Positions 25,817-33,452 of a DNA stretch of 37,147 nt are shown here, piece after piece. The stretch comes from Kiritimatiellia bacterium (GTDB lineage: Bacteria > Verrucomicrobiota > Kiritimatiellia > RFP12 > JAZUKQ01). Every line of letters begins with the position of its first letter. Position 1 is the stretch's first letter. The DNA is taken from NCBI GenBank assembly GCA_045643325.1, contig JAZUKQ010000112.1:1-37147 (forward strand), read 5' to 3'. Made by a program: the position numbers and the translations under genes. A model generated the notes under the pieces. That model was not told the origin of the DNA and ran no database searches. It worked only from the letters and a program-made list of their open reading frames with translations.

Positions 25817-28792
25817 TCAAATCTCCTCGGGGATGGATTCGCCGGAACGGAGGGATTCGCGAAAACGGGTTTCGGCGGCGGTCTGGTCGGCGTCCCATTC
25901 TGCGGAGAGGCCGTCCTTGATGCCGGCGGGGAAAAGCCGCGCGTAGGCGCCCGGCAACTTGACGGTCTTGTGCGGGAAGCGACCCGCCTGGACGGCGCGC
26001 ACGACGAGCTCGGCGGTCTTCCGGGCGGCCTCAAGCGCCGGCCGGAGAAACTCGGGCTCGATGCCCAAGGGCGCGAGACCGGAGTCGTTCGCGGAGTCGC
26101 CGAGCACGCAATAGGCGCACTGGATGGACGCTCCGGCGGGAATGCCGCCCCCCCGGGCGCCCTCCGCCGCCATCAGAAGATAGAGCGGAAGCTGGAGGTC
26201 GTGCCAGTACTTCGTCTGTCCCTTCCTCGCCTCGAACGAGGGAAGCCCGTAGACGGCGGCGTCCGGCCCGAAGGCGGGCGGCACGGAGGCCTTCATCGAA
26301 TCCGGAGCGTCCCGGGTCGATCTCCACGTTTTGTAGTCGATGACCCGATATTCGCCGGTGTCCGCGTTGCGGTCGATACGGTCGACCTTGCCGCGGACCT
26401 CCATCCCGCGGATTCCGATGGAAAGTCCGCGCTCGGCGGCGACGATGCGCCAGCCGTCGCGGCGGAATCCGGCCTGGAGGTCGGCGAAATACGCCATCCG
26501 CGCGAGAAGCGATTCCTCCTGAAGCCGGAGAATCGCGGAGAAGGCCCGTCCGGGGACCTCGAAACGGTCTTTGAACGCGGCGCGGACCCTGTCCTCGAGA
26601 AATTCGCGGATCCTCGCCGGATCCTCGCTCTCGCGCATCTCCTCGTCTTCCGCGAACGCCTGAAGCGCCTCATGGCAGAGGGTGCCGAAGTCTTGGGCGG
26701 GGATTTCCAGAACGCTTTCCGTTTCGACGGCCTCCTCGCCCAGCGTCTTTTGAAGATAGAAGAGGAAGGGGTTCGCCAGGTAGGAGGAGAAGGACGTCGC
26801 GTCCAAATGGTCGAACGGCCGTGTTCCGGGACGGGGAATCCGGAGCCGCCACGACGCGGGGACGGGCGGCACGCCGCCGGACGGGACGGTCTCTGGGTCG
26901 CGGAAGAGGTCCTTCGCGCGCCGGGGGAGGACATCGTCCGGACAGAGGAAGAGAAGCCGCGAGGGCTTGCGGACGTCGCCGCCGGCGTTCTGCTTTTCCA
27001 GGAAGACCTCGACGTCCCCCGGTTCCCGGGCGGTCAGCAGCGAGGCGAAAATCGCGGTGTCGCGGGCGAGCCGCTCGTCGTTGGACCCGAGACCGAGCGC
27101 GCGGCGGACGGGATCGGGCAGGAACGCGTCGCCCACGACGGCCTCGGGAACGCATCCCTCGTTCAATCCGGCAAGTATCATCCGGGGCTCGCGGCACCAC
27201 GGCAGCTCAAGCCATCCGAGGAGGGGCTTCGAGCCCTCGGCCGCGTCGAGGCTGTAGGTCGCGGAGAAAAGCAGCGAACGGACAAGGACGACCCGCTCGC
27301 GCTCATCCAGCAACGAGTCGAGAAGAGGAGATACGCAGGACCGGACCGCCTCCCGGACGGCGAGCGCGGCGGCGGCGAAATCGCGGTCGGCCGGGCGGTC
27401 CTCGCGCAGTTGACGGTCGCGGAAGAGTCGCTGCAGGACGGCGAGCAGGTGGTCCACGCTGCGGGGGGCGATCCCCTCGGGCGGACTGAAAAGGCCGTCG
27501 AGGCCGCGCAGCGCGGCGAGGAGGCATTTCTTGCCGGCGCGCTCGGCGAAATAGCGCAGGTCGGACCAGACGCGCGGCAGATGCGTCTTCTGGAGCTCGT
27601 CGAACTCCGCCAGCGCCGGCGCGACGAAAATTCCCTTTGTCTCGAGGTGCGTCCGGACGTCGGCCTCGCGGAAGAAGCGCGCCAGCGCCACGCAGGAGGG
27701 GCCGCTCTGGAGAAGCGTCCAGGCAAGGTCGATGACGCGCCCGAGCGATGTCTCGCGGAGGTTCGACGCGGCGGCGTTGTGGACGGCGACGCCGCGGGCG
27801 AGGAAGGCCGACTCGAGGTCCGGGAGGAGTTCTGGATCGAGCATGGCGAGGACGGTTCCTTCGCCGGGCGACCTCAGATAGGACGCCGCGACGTCCCGGG
27901 CCTGATGACGGCTGTCCGGCGCGAGCCGGATCTGCCCGTCGGCCAGCGGAAGGACGGCCGGAAGGGCGCCCGGAAGCGGACGGCCCCAGCCGTCGAACGC
28001 CGCCGGCCCCTCGTCGCCGGTCTGGACGAGGACATGTACGGGAACGCCGGCGTCCGCGAGGCGCTCCAACGCGGCATAGAGCGCCGGCGGAGCGTCGAGA
28101 AGCGGAGGCAGGACGACTTCCTCCGCGCCGACGGGAACGGCCGGGCGGGCGACAACGCGCTTGCGGAGTTCGTTCGGGTGCGCGAGGCCGTACTCGCGGA
28201 GAGCCGCGAACAGTTTCTCCTCCAAGGCGGCGAAATCCTTCCAGCGGGCACGTTCCTCCGGCGGCAGAGGCGCTTCCGGGGCGGGGAAGTCGCCGGACTC
28301 GGCGCGCGCGGCGACATCGGCGACAGAAAGCGCGTTCTTCCGGAGTTCCTCCCAGACAGAGACGAGTTCGGCTCCGGTATTGACCCCCCATTCGAACGTG
28401 AGGCGCTGGGGGCCGGTCCGTCCGGGCGCGGAATCGTCGCGGGGGCGGGCCTTCGGCGGAAGCAGCGACACGAGCTCCTCCTCGCCGATCCCCATGAGAA
28501 TCTTGGCGAGAAGCGCCGAAAGCTCGGCAGGCGAAGGGAGCGCGTCCGCGCCGTCGGACAGCGCGTCGAGCAACGCGCTGGGCGGCAAAAGGCGCGGGGG
28601 GATGACGGCCCCCTCTTTTTCGGCGAGCGCGAGACGCAGACGGCGTCCCGCCTCGCCGGTCGGAACGGCGAAGACGAGGTGGTCGAGCGTGCGCGCGCCG
28701 CTCGAGGAGTCGACCCGCGCCTGCGTCAGGAGCCAGTCGGCGACGGCGTCGGCCAGCGGGCGGGAATCGGGAAGCCTGTGGAGTGTTTTCAT
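25817..28792 (-). CDS. addB: AddB-type PD-(D/E)XK nuclease subunit
   Basis: 991 aa, sitting immediately upstream of addA. C-terminal nuclease motifs 'FGTLCHEALQAF', 'RGKVDRIDRNADTGEYRVIDYKTW' and 'LQLPLYLLMA'. No canonical Walker A at the N-terminus ('VPTGEAGRRL'). Confidence 0.72.
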   Translation of the reverse strand: MKTLHRLPDSRPLADAVADWLLTQARVDSSSGARTLDHLVFAVPTGEAGRRLRLALAEKEGAVIPPRLLPPSALLDALSDGADALPSPAELSALLAKILMGIGEEELVSLLPPKARPRDDSAPGRTGPQRLTFEWGVNTGAELVSVWEELRKNALSVADVAARAESGDFPAPEAPLPPEERARWKDFAALEEKLFAALREYGLAHPNELRKRVVARPAVPVGAEEVVLPPLLDAPPALYAALERLADAGVPVHVLVQTGDEGPAAFDGWGRPLPGALPAVLPLADGQIRLAPDSRHQARDVAASYLRSPGEGTVLAMLDPELLPDLESAFLARGVAVHNAAASNLRETSLGRVIDLAWTLLQSGPSCVALARFFREADVRTHLETKGIFVAPALAEFDELQKTHLPRVWSDLRYFAERAGKKCLLAALRGLDGLFSPPEGIAPRSVDHLLAVLQRLFRDRQLREDRPADRDFAAAALAVREAVRSCVSPLLDSLLDERERVVLVRSLLFSATYSLDAAEGSKPLLGWLELPWCREPRMILAGLNEGCVPEAVVGDAFLPDPVRRALGLGSNDERLARDTAIFASLLTAREPGDVEVFLEKQNAGGDVRKPSRLLFLCPDDVLPRRAKDLFRDPETVPSGGVPPVPASWRLRIPRPGTRPFDHLDATSFSSYLANPFLFYLQKTLGEEAVETESVLEIPAQDFGTLCHEALQAFAEDEEMRESEDPARIREFLEDRVRAAFKDRFEVPGRAFSAILRLQEESLLARMAYFADLQAGFRRDGWRIVAAERGLSIGIRGMEVRGKVDRIDRNADTGEYRVIDYKTWRSTRDAPDSMKASVPPAFGPDAAVYGLPSFEARKGQTKYWHDLQLPLYLLMAAEGARGGGIPAGASIQCAYCVLGDSANDSGLAPLGIEPEFLRPALEAARKTAELVVRAVQAGRFPHKTVKLPGAYARLFPAGIKDGLSAEWDADQTAAETRFRESLRSGESIPEEI

Positions 28793-28835
28793 GGGAATGG
28801 GGAGTTCACGAGGGGATCAAAGATGTTTTCAGGGG

Positions 28836-31802
28836 CTACCCGCGCGCGATTCCGGCGCCGGTCAGAACACTGTGGCCGCTGCCGACCTTCGTCACCGTGA
28901 TTTGCGTCCGGATGCGCTCGGCGACGGCGGCGACGTGGCTGATGACGCCCAGCAGACAACCGTCGCGCTGGACGCCCTCCAGCGTGTCGATGGCGCGCTC
29001 AAGCGCCTCGCCGTCCAGCGTGCCGAAGCCCTCGTCGAGGAAAAGGCTTTCCACCGACACGCCTTCCGAGGCCATCTCCGAGAGTCCGAGCGCCAGCGAG
29101 AGGGACACCTGGAAACGCTCGCCGCCCGAAAGGTTCGCCAGCGAACGATGTTCGTCGGCCTGGTCGTGGTCGACGATGTCCGGAAGAAGCCCGATTTCGC
29201 GGTTCCGGGCGCCCGGCACCATGTCCTCCGGAGCCAGGAACAGCTCGTAGCGTCTGTTCGACATGGCCTGCAGACGGGGATTGGCGAACTGGATGAGCTC
29301 CTGCAGGGTCAGATACTGCACATAGCGGCGGAAATTGCCGCCCTCGGGTCCGCCCAGCAATTTGTCAAGGGTAGCCCAGCGTCCCGCCACGTCTTTCGCC
29401 CGTTTCAACTCGTCCTGCAACGTCCCCAGTTTCTTCTGATTGTCATTATCGGTCCGGAGCGTGTACTGGACGAACTCGGCATGGTCGTGGGACCGGGCCT
29501 TCTCGGCCGCCTTCGCCGTGAGTTCCTCGGCGACGTCCTCGAGGGCGCGCTCGGAACGGCCGGGGGCGGAGGCGTGGTCCCGCGTCTCCTGGTCGAGGGT
29601 GGCGCGGCGGCCGGCCAGCCGGGATTCCTCGTCGCGGAGGGCGTCGCGACGGGCACGGGCCTTCGCGACGTCGCCAGGATTCCAACGGGCGCCCTGCCAT
29701 TCCGCTTCGTCCGCGAATCCGTCCGCGGCGAGCGCGCCGGCGAAGGAGGATTCGGCCTTCGCGAGGTCATCTTTCGCGCGGGACGCGTTGGCTTGGGCCG
29801 TTTGGTATTCCGCCTCGGCCTTGGCGATTGCGGTTTTCGCGGCCTGAAAGGCGGCGTCCGTCTTCGACTTCTTCTCGGCGGCGGCGGCGCGCTTGGCCTG
29901 GATGTCGCGGTCGTACCGGTCGACATCCGCCGGGATGCCGAGGACCCGGAAGTCCTCCATCGCCTGGTCCAGAGCGGTCTGGGCGGCGGCGGCCCGCTGT
30001 GTGCAGTCGGCCAGCGCCCGCTGTGCCGCCGGGAGTTCGGTCTCTGCCGCGGCGAGCGCCCTGTTCTGCTCCGCTTCCGTGGCCGTGGACGCTGCAAGGT
30101 CCGTATCGTGCTTGGCCTTGGCCGCATCAAAGGCGCTTTGCGCGCCGGAGAGGGCCCTCTGCGCCGCAGCGGTCTTGCGCTGGGCCTTGGACGCGGCGTC
30201 CTTGGCGTCCGCGACCGTCTTTTTCGCGTCTTCCAGCGCGTCCTGGCAGTCCTTGAGCTGGGCCTCTTCCGCCTTTTCATCGGGAAGGGCCTCCTGCAGC
30301 GTGTGGTAGACCTGGAGACAGAGCGGGCAGACATCGCCGTCATGGAGCTTCGCGCGCTCCTCGTCCAGATTGCGGACCTTGAGGGCGGCGTCACGTTTCT
30401 TCTGCGCGGCGGCGATGGCCTTCAGAAGTCCGGGTTCAGCGGCCGCGAACACGCCTTCCGCCGCCACAACGGCGGCATCCGCTGTCGAGGCCGCCGCCCG
30501 GGCGTCGGCCTCGGCCTGCCGCGCCTGCGCCAGTGCGTCCGCCTTCGGATTCGTCCAAGAGCCCAGCGTCTGAATCCGCGCGCGCGCCGCATCCAAGGCG
30601 TTCCGGGCGTTCTGGATGCGCCGATGAACGCCGTCCAGGGCGTCCCGCGCGGTCTTCTCGGCCGCCTTTTCCGCCGAAAGCGCGGTGGACAATTCCGCCC
30701 GCTTCGTCAGCAGGGCACGGGCCTGCCGAATGCGGGGCTGCTCGACATCGTAGGCGGTCTGGGCCGCCGAGTCGGCCTGGGCCGCGGCGTCCGCCGCGGT
30801 CTGGGCGGCGGGAAGCGCCGCCCGGGTCTCTTCGAGGTCGGACCGACGGTCCGAGACGGCCTTCTCGGCGGTCTCCTTCCGCTTGCGCAAACCGGTCAGC
30901 GTGGCGAAATCGGAGGCCAGTTTCTCTGCCTTGTCCGCGCGGTCGAGGCGCGCCGCGTCCGGGGCGAACTCCTCCTTGCCCTTCGTGAGCGCGGCCTCCG
31001 CCGTTGCGAGCTCGTCGGCGCGAACCGCCAGTTTCGCATCCGCCTCCAGCCAGGCCTTTTCCTGGGTCAGAGCCTCGACGACGGGCGCGAGGTCCCGCTC
31101 GGTCCGACGGCCCGCTGCGAGCTCCGCCTCCTTTGCGGCCCGCTCCTCCGGGGACAGTACGCTGACCGCGCCCTGCTTCGCCTCCTGGTCACGGACACAC
31201 CGCTCGGCCTTTTTGCACTCCTCGTTGACGCGGGCGCCAATGCGGGAGTAGATGCCCGTTCCGGTCGCCTGCTCGAGGATGAAGGCGCGCTGCGTCTCGT
31301 CGGCGGAGAGGAACGTGTCGAAGTGTCCCTGGGCCAGCAGCACCGTGCGGGTGAACTGCTCGAAGGAGAGGCCGACGGTCTGCTCGATAAGGGTCTTCGT
31401 GTCGCTGTTTTTATGCCGCGAGATGTCTTTGCCGCCGGGGGCCACAAGGGACATCTTGAGGTCGGCGAGATCGCCCCAACCGCCTTTGTTTTTGCCCCTC
31501 CCGACACCGCGTCTCTGACTCCAGCGGGCGGTATACACGCCGTCCTTCGTCTGGAACACCACCTCGGAGAAGCAGTCGCCCGTGTTGCGCGTCAGGACCT
31601 CGTTGTCTTTGCCTTTGATATCGACGCGCGCCGTCTTGCCGTAGAGCGCGAGGGTGATGGCGTCGAGCACGGTGGTCTTGCCGCTCCCGGTGGGACCGGT
31701 CAGAAGGAAGAGCCCGTCGCGGAAATCGGGCTGGGTGAAATCGACAGACCAGTCGCCGGCGAGGGAATTGATGTTGCGGAATTTGAGTTTGAGGATTTTC
31801 AT
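28836..31802 (-). CDS. sbcC: SbcC (Rad50-like) ATPase subunit of the SbcCD nuclease
   Basis: N-terminus 'MKILKLKFRNINSLAGDWSVDFT...LFLLTGPTGSGKTTVLDAITLALYGKT'. Long Ala/Glu/Lys coiled coil with a central zinc hook 'GDVCPLCLQ'. C-terminal signature 'LSGGERFQVSLSLALGLS' and Walker B 'LFLDEGFGTLD'. ATG 31802 lies 4 nt after the sbcD stop; the annotated 31877 start overlaps sbcD. Confidence 0.92.
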   Translation of the reverse strand: MKILKLKFRNINSLAGDWSVDFTQPDFRDGLFLLTGPTGSGKTTVLDAITLALYGKTARVDIKGKDNEVLTRNTGDCFSEVVFQTKDGVYTARWSQRRGVGRGKNKGGWGDLADLKMSLVAPGGKDISRHKNSDTKTLIEQTVGLSFEQFTRTVLLAQGHFDTFLSADETQRAFILEQATGTGIYSRIGARVNEECKKAERCVRDQEAKQGAVSVLSPEERAAKEAELAAGRRTERDLAPVVEALTQEKAWLEADAKLAVRADELATAEAALTKGKEEFAPDAARLDRADKAEKLASDFATLTGLRKRKETAEKAVSDRRSDLEETRAALPAAQTAADAAAQADSAAQTAYDVEQPRIRQARALLTKRAELSTALSAEKAAEKTARDALDGVHRRIQNARNALDAARARIQTLGSWTNPKADALAQARQAEADARAAASTADAAVVAAEGVFAAAEPGLLKAIAAAQKKRDAALKVRNLDEERAKLHDGDVCPLCLQVYHTLQEALPDEKAEEAQLKDCQDALEDAKKTVADAKDAASKAQRKTAAAQRALSGAQSAFDAAKAKHDTDLAASTATEAEQNRALAAAETELPAAQRALADCTQRAAAAQTALDQAMEDFRVLGIPADVDRYDRDIQAKRAAAAEKKSKTDAAFQAAKTAIAKAEAEYQTAQANASRAKDDLAKAESSFAGALAADGFADEAEWQGARWNPGDVAKARARRDALRDEESRLAGRRATLDQETRDHASAPGRSERALEDVAEELTAKAAEKARSHDHAEFVQYTLRTDNDNQKKLGTLQDELKRAKDVAGRWATLDKLLGGPEGGNFRRYVQYLTLQELIQFANPRLQAMSNRRYELFLAPEDMVPGARNREIGLLPDIVDHDQADEHRSLANLSGGERFQVSLSLALGLSEMASEGVSVESLFLDEGFGTLDGEALERAIDTLEGVQRDGCLLGVISHVAAVAERIRTQITVTKVGSGHSVLTGAGIARG

Positions 31803-31806
31803 AACA

Positions 31807-33039
31807 CTAAAGGGGCTCCTGGAAAATCGGGGCGAGCATGTCGAGATAGAGGTCGATTTCGTCCTTGGAACGGGCATCCGCCTCCAAACGGTTGCGGGCG
31901 ACGTCCTGCGGACTCAGATGGCGGAGCGAGCCCTCGGCCCGCAACGCCTGCAATCCGCCATTGCCGGGGACCGCGTCGTGATTGCGGGACCATTCGAGAA
32001 CAAGCACCTGCGTGTCCTTGACGAGGGCGTCCACCTCCCCCCTGTGCATATCAAATTCCCCTTCGTATTCGGTAATGTCGATGCGGACGAAGGCGGGCCG
32101 CCCTTTCCGGACGAGGGCCGCCACGTCCTTCTTGACCTCGTCGGGCGAACCCCGAAACGTCACGAGCGGTTGGAACACGGGAACCTCGACGCGGCGCAGC
32201 GCGACGGGCTCGCCGTGGCGGGAGCCGAACTCCGCCACAACGACGGACTTGGCTCCCTGACTTCCCTCGTCGAAGCTCATGGCGAGCGGGGAGCCGCTGT
32301 AGAGGATACGGGACGATTCCCCGCCCACGGCCTGCGGAAGGTGCAGATGGCCCAGCGCGACGTAGTCGGCCGCCGGAAGGACGTCGGCGCCCATCGTGTC
32401 GAGGCCGCCCACCTGGGAGAAGCGGCCGCGCTCGGAATTGTCGTCCGAGTACTTCGACCCCTGGAGGGCGCAGTGGCCCATCAGGACGACAGGGCAGCCG
32501 CGGCCCTTCTCCGCGCAGGCGTCGAACACGCGCTTGTAGTAGGACTGGAATCCTTCGCGGATGCGGTCGGCGCGCTCGTCGGAGAGGGGCAGCGTGGAGA
32601 CGTTGAAGCAGTCGGCGTCGGACAGGAAGGGGACGGCGCCGATGGCGAGGCCGGGGGTGCCGTCGGCGGCCGGGAGGACGGTCACGAGCGCCTCGGGGTG
32701 TTCGCGGTCGGGCTCGGCGACGACCTGGACGCCGAGCAGGTCGAGCACGCCGCGGGTCGAGCGGAGCACGGCGGCGGAATCGTGGTTTCCGGCTGTGGCG
32801 ACGACACGGGGACAGAGATTTTCGGCGCGGACCGTGCTGTAGAAGTCGTAAAGGCACTGCAGCGCCTCGTTGGAGGGCGTGCGCGTGTCGTACACGTCGC
32901 CGGAGATGAGAAGCGCGTCGGGGCGCTCCGTGCGAAGGAGATCGAGAAGCCAGTTCAGAAACCGTTTCTGCTCGGGAAGGCGCTCCTGCTCGTGGAAGCG
33001 GGCGCCGAGATGCCAGTCGGAAGTATGGATAATTTTCAT
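31807..33039 (-). CDS. sbcD: SbcD (Mre11-like) nuclease subunit
   Basis: 'MKIIHTSDWHLGARF', 'LLISGDVYDT', 'VVATAGNHDS' and 'VLMGHCALQG' follow the Mre11/SbcD phosphoesterase motif order. Confidence 0.92.
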   Translation of the reverse strand: MKIIHTSDWHLGARFHEQERLPEQKRFLNWLLDLLRTERPDALLISGDVYDTRTPSNEALQCLYDFYSTVRAENLCPRVVATAGNHDSAAVLRSTRGVLDLLGVQVVAEPDREHPEALVTVLPAADGTPGLAIGAVPFLSDADCFNVSTLPLSDERADRIREGFQSYYKRVFDACAEKGRGCPVVLMGHCALQGSKYSDDNSERGRFSQVGGLDTMGADVLPAADYVALGHLHLPQAVGGESSRILYSGSPLAMSFDEGSQGAKSVVVAEFGSRHGEPVALRRVEVPVFQPLVTFRGSPDEVKKDVAALVRKGRPAFVRIDITEYEGEFDMHRGEVDALVKDTQVLVLEWSRNHDAVPGNGGLQALRAEGSLRHLSPQDVARNRLEADARSKDEIDLYLDMLAPIFQEPL

Positions 33040-33062
33040 AATGCGAACTCTTTCTTTTGGGA

Positions 33063-33071
33063 ATTATATCA
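33063..33071 (-). promoter_or_regulatory. Candidate extended -10 promoter element for the sbcD-sbcC-addB-addA operon
   Basis: Minus strand reads TGATATAAT (TGnTATAAT) in a conspicuously A/T-rich patch (33040-33110), ~24 nt upstream of the sbcD ATG. No convincing -35. Confidence 0.35.
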
Positions 33072-33155
33072 GATTACGGTTTTTGCGTCCGCGCCCTGAC
33101 GAAATTAATGACTTGCCGAAGAAAACGCGCTCCGGAAACTCGCGGCTCGGGATTC

Positions 33156-33450
33156 AGGGAGGGAGGTGGCGCGAAGCGCCGGTGGGTGTTGCCTCCGCCC
33201 CCGCAAAACACCCCCAGTCGGCTCCGCCGCCAGCGCCCCCGCCGAGCCTTTGCGGCGCACGGTGTACCCCCCCAGCCGCTGAAGCGGCAGCCCCCTCGCG
33301 GAGGGGGCCGGGCTCCGCCCGAAAGCGGACGCCGAGCCTCCCTGGGGCCGCGACCGCCGCCCGCCGCAGGCGCCTCCCTCCGAGGGAGGTGGCGCGAAGC
33401 GCCGGTGGGTGTTGCCTCCGCCCCCAGAAAACACCCCCAGTCGGCTCCGC
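33156..33450. repeat. Mosaic GC-rich palindromic repeat, locus D (Q - P' - Q)
   Basis: Two direct Q copies (about 33158-33222 and 33345-33445) flank a P' unit GCACGGTGTACCCCCCCAGCCGCTGAAGCGGCAGCCCCCTCGCGGAGGGGGCCGGGCTCCGCCCGAAAGCGGACGCC (33257-33333). The array ends 2 nt from the GH9 stop codon. Confidence 0.9.
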
Positions 33451-33452
33451 CC

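Noticed and set aside
22008-32021. Very long antisense ORFs opposite addA, addB and sbcC (22008-25946 plus, 1312 aa; 25970-28900 plus, 976 aa; 28161-32021 plus, 1286 aa)
   Set aside because: The minus-strand products carry complete, ordered helicase, nuclease and Rad50 motif sets. The plus-strand translations are Arg/Gly/Pro-rich with no motifs. Stop codons are rare in antisense frames at this GC content.
22560-33039. Reading the helicase, nuclease and SMC-like ATPase cluster as a novel anti-phage defence system
   Set aside because: Domain order, sizes and motifs match canonical SbcD, SbcC, AddB and AddA one-for-one, and addAB-sbcCD linkage is already known in Bacillus. There are no extra effector, sensor or unknown genes in the operon. 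It is retained only as a moderate-interest finding pending a check for paralogues.
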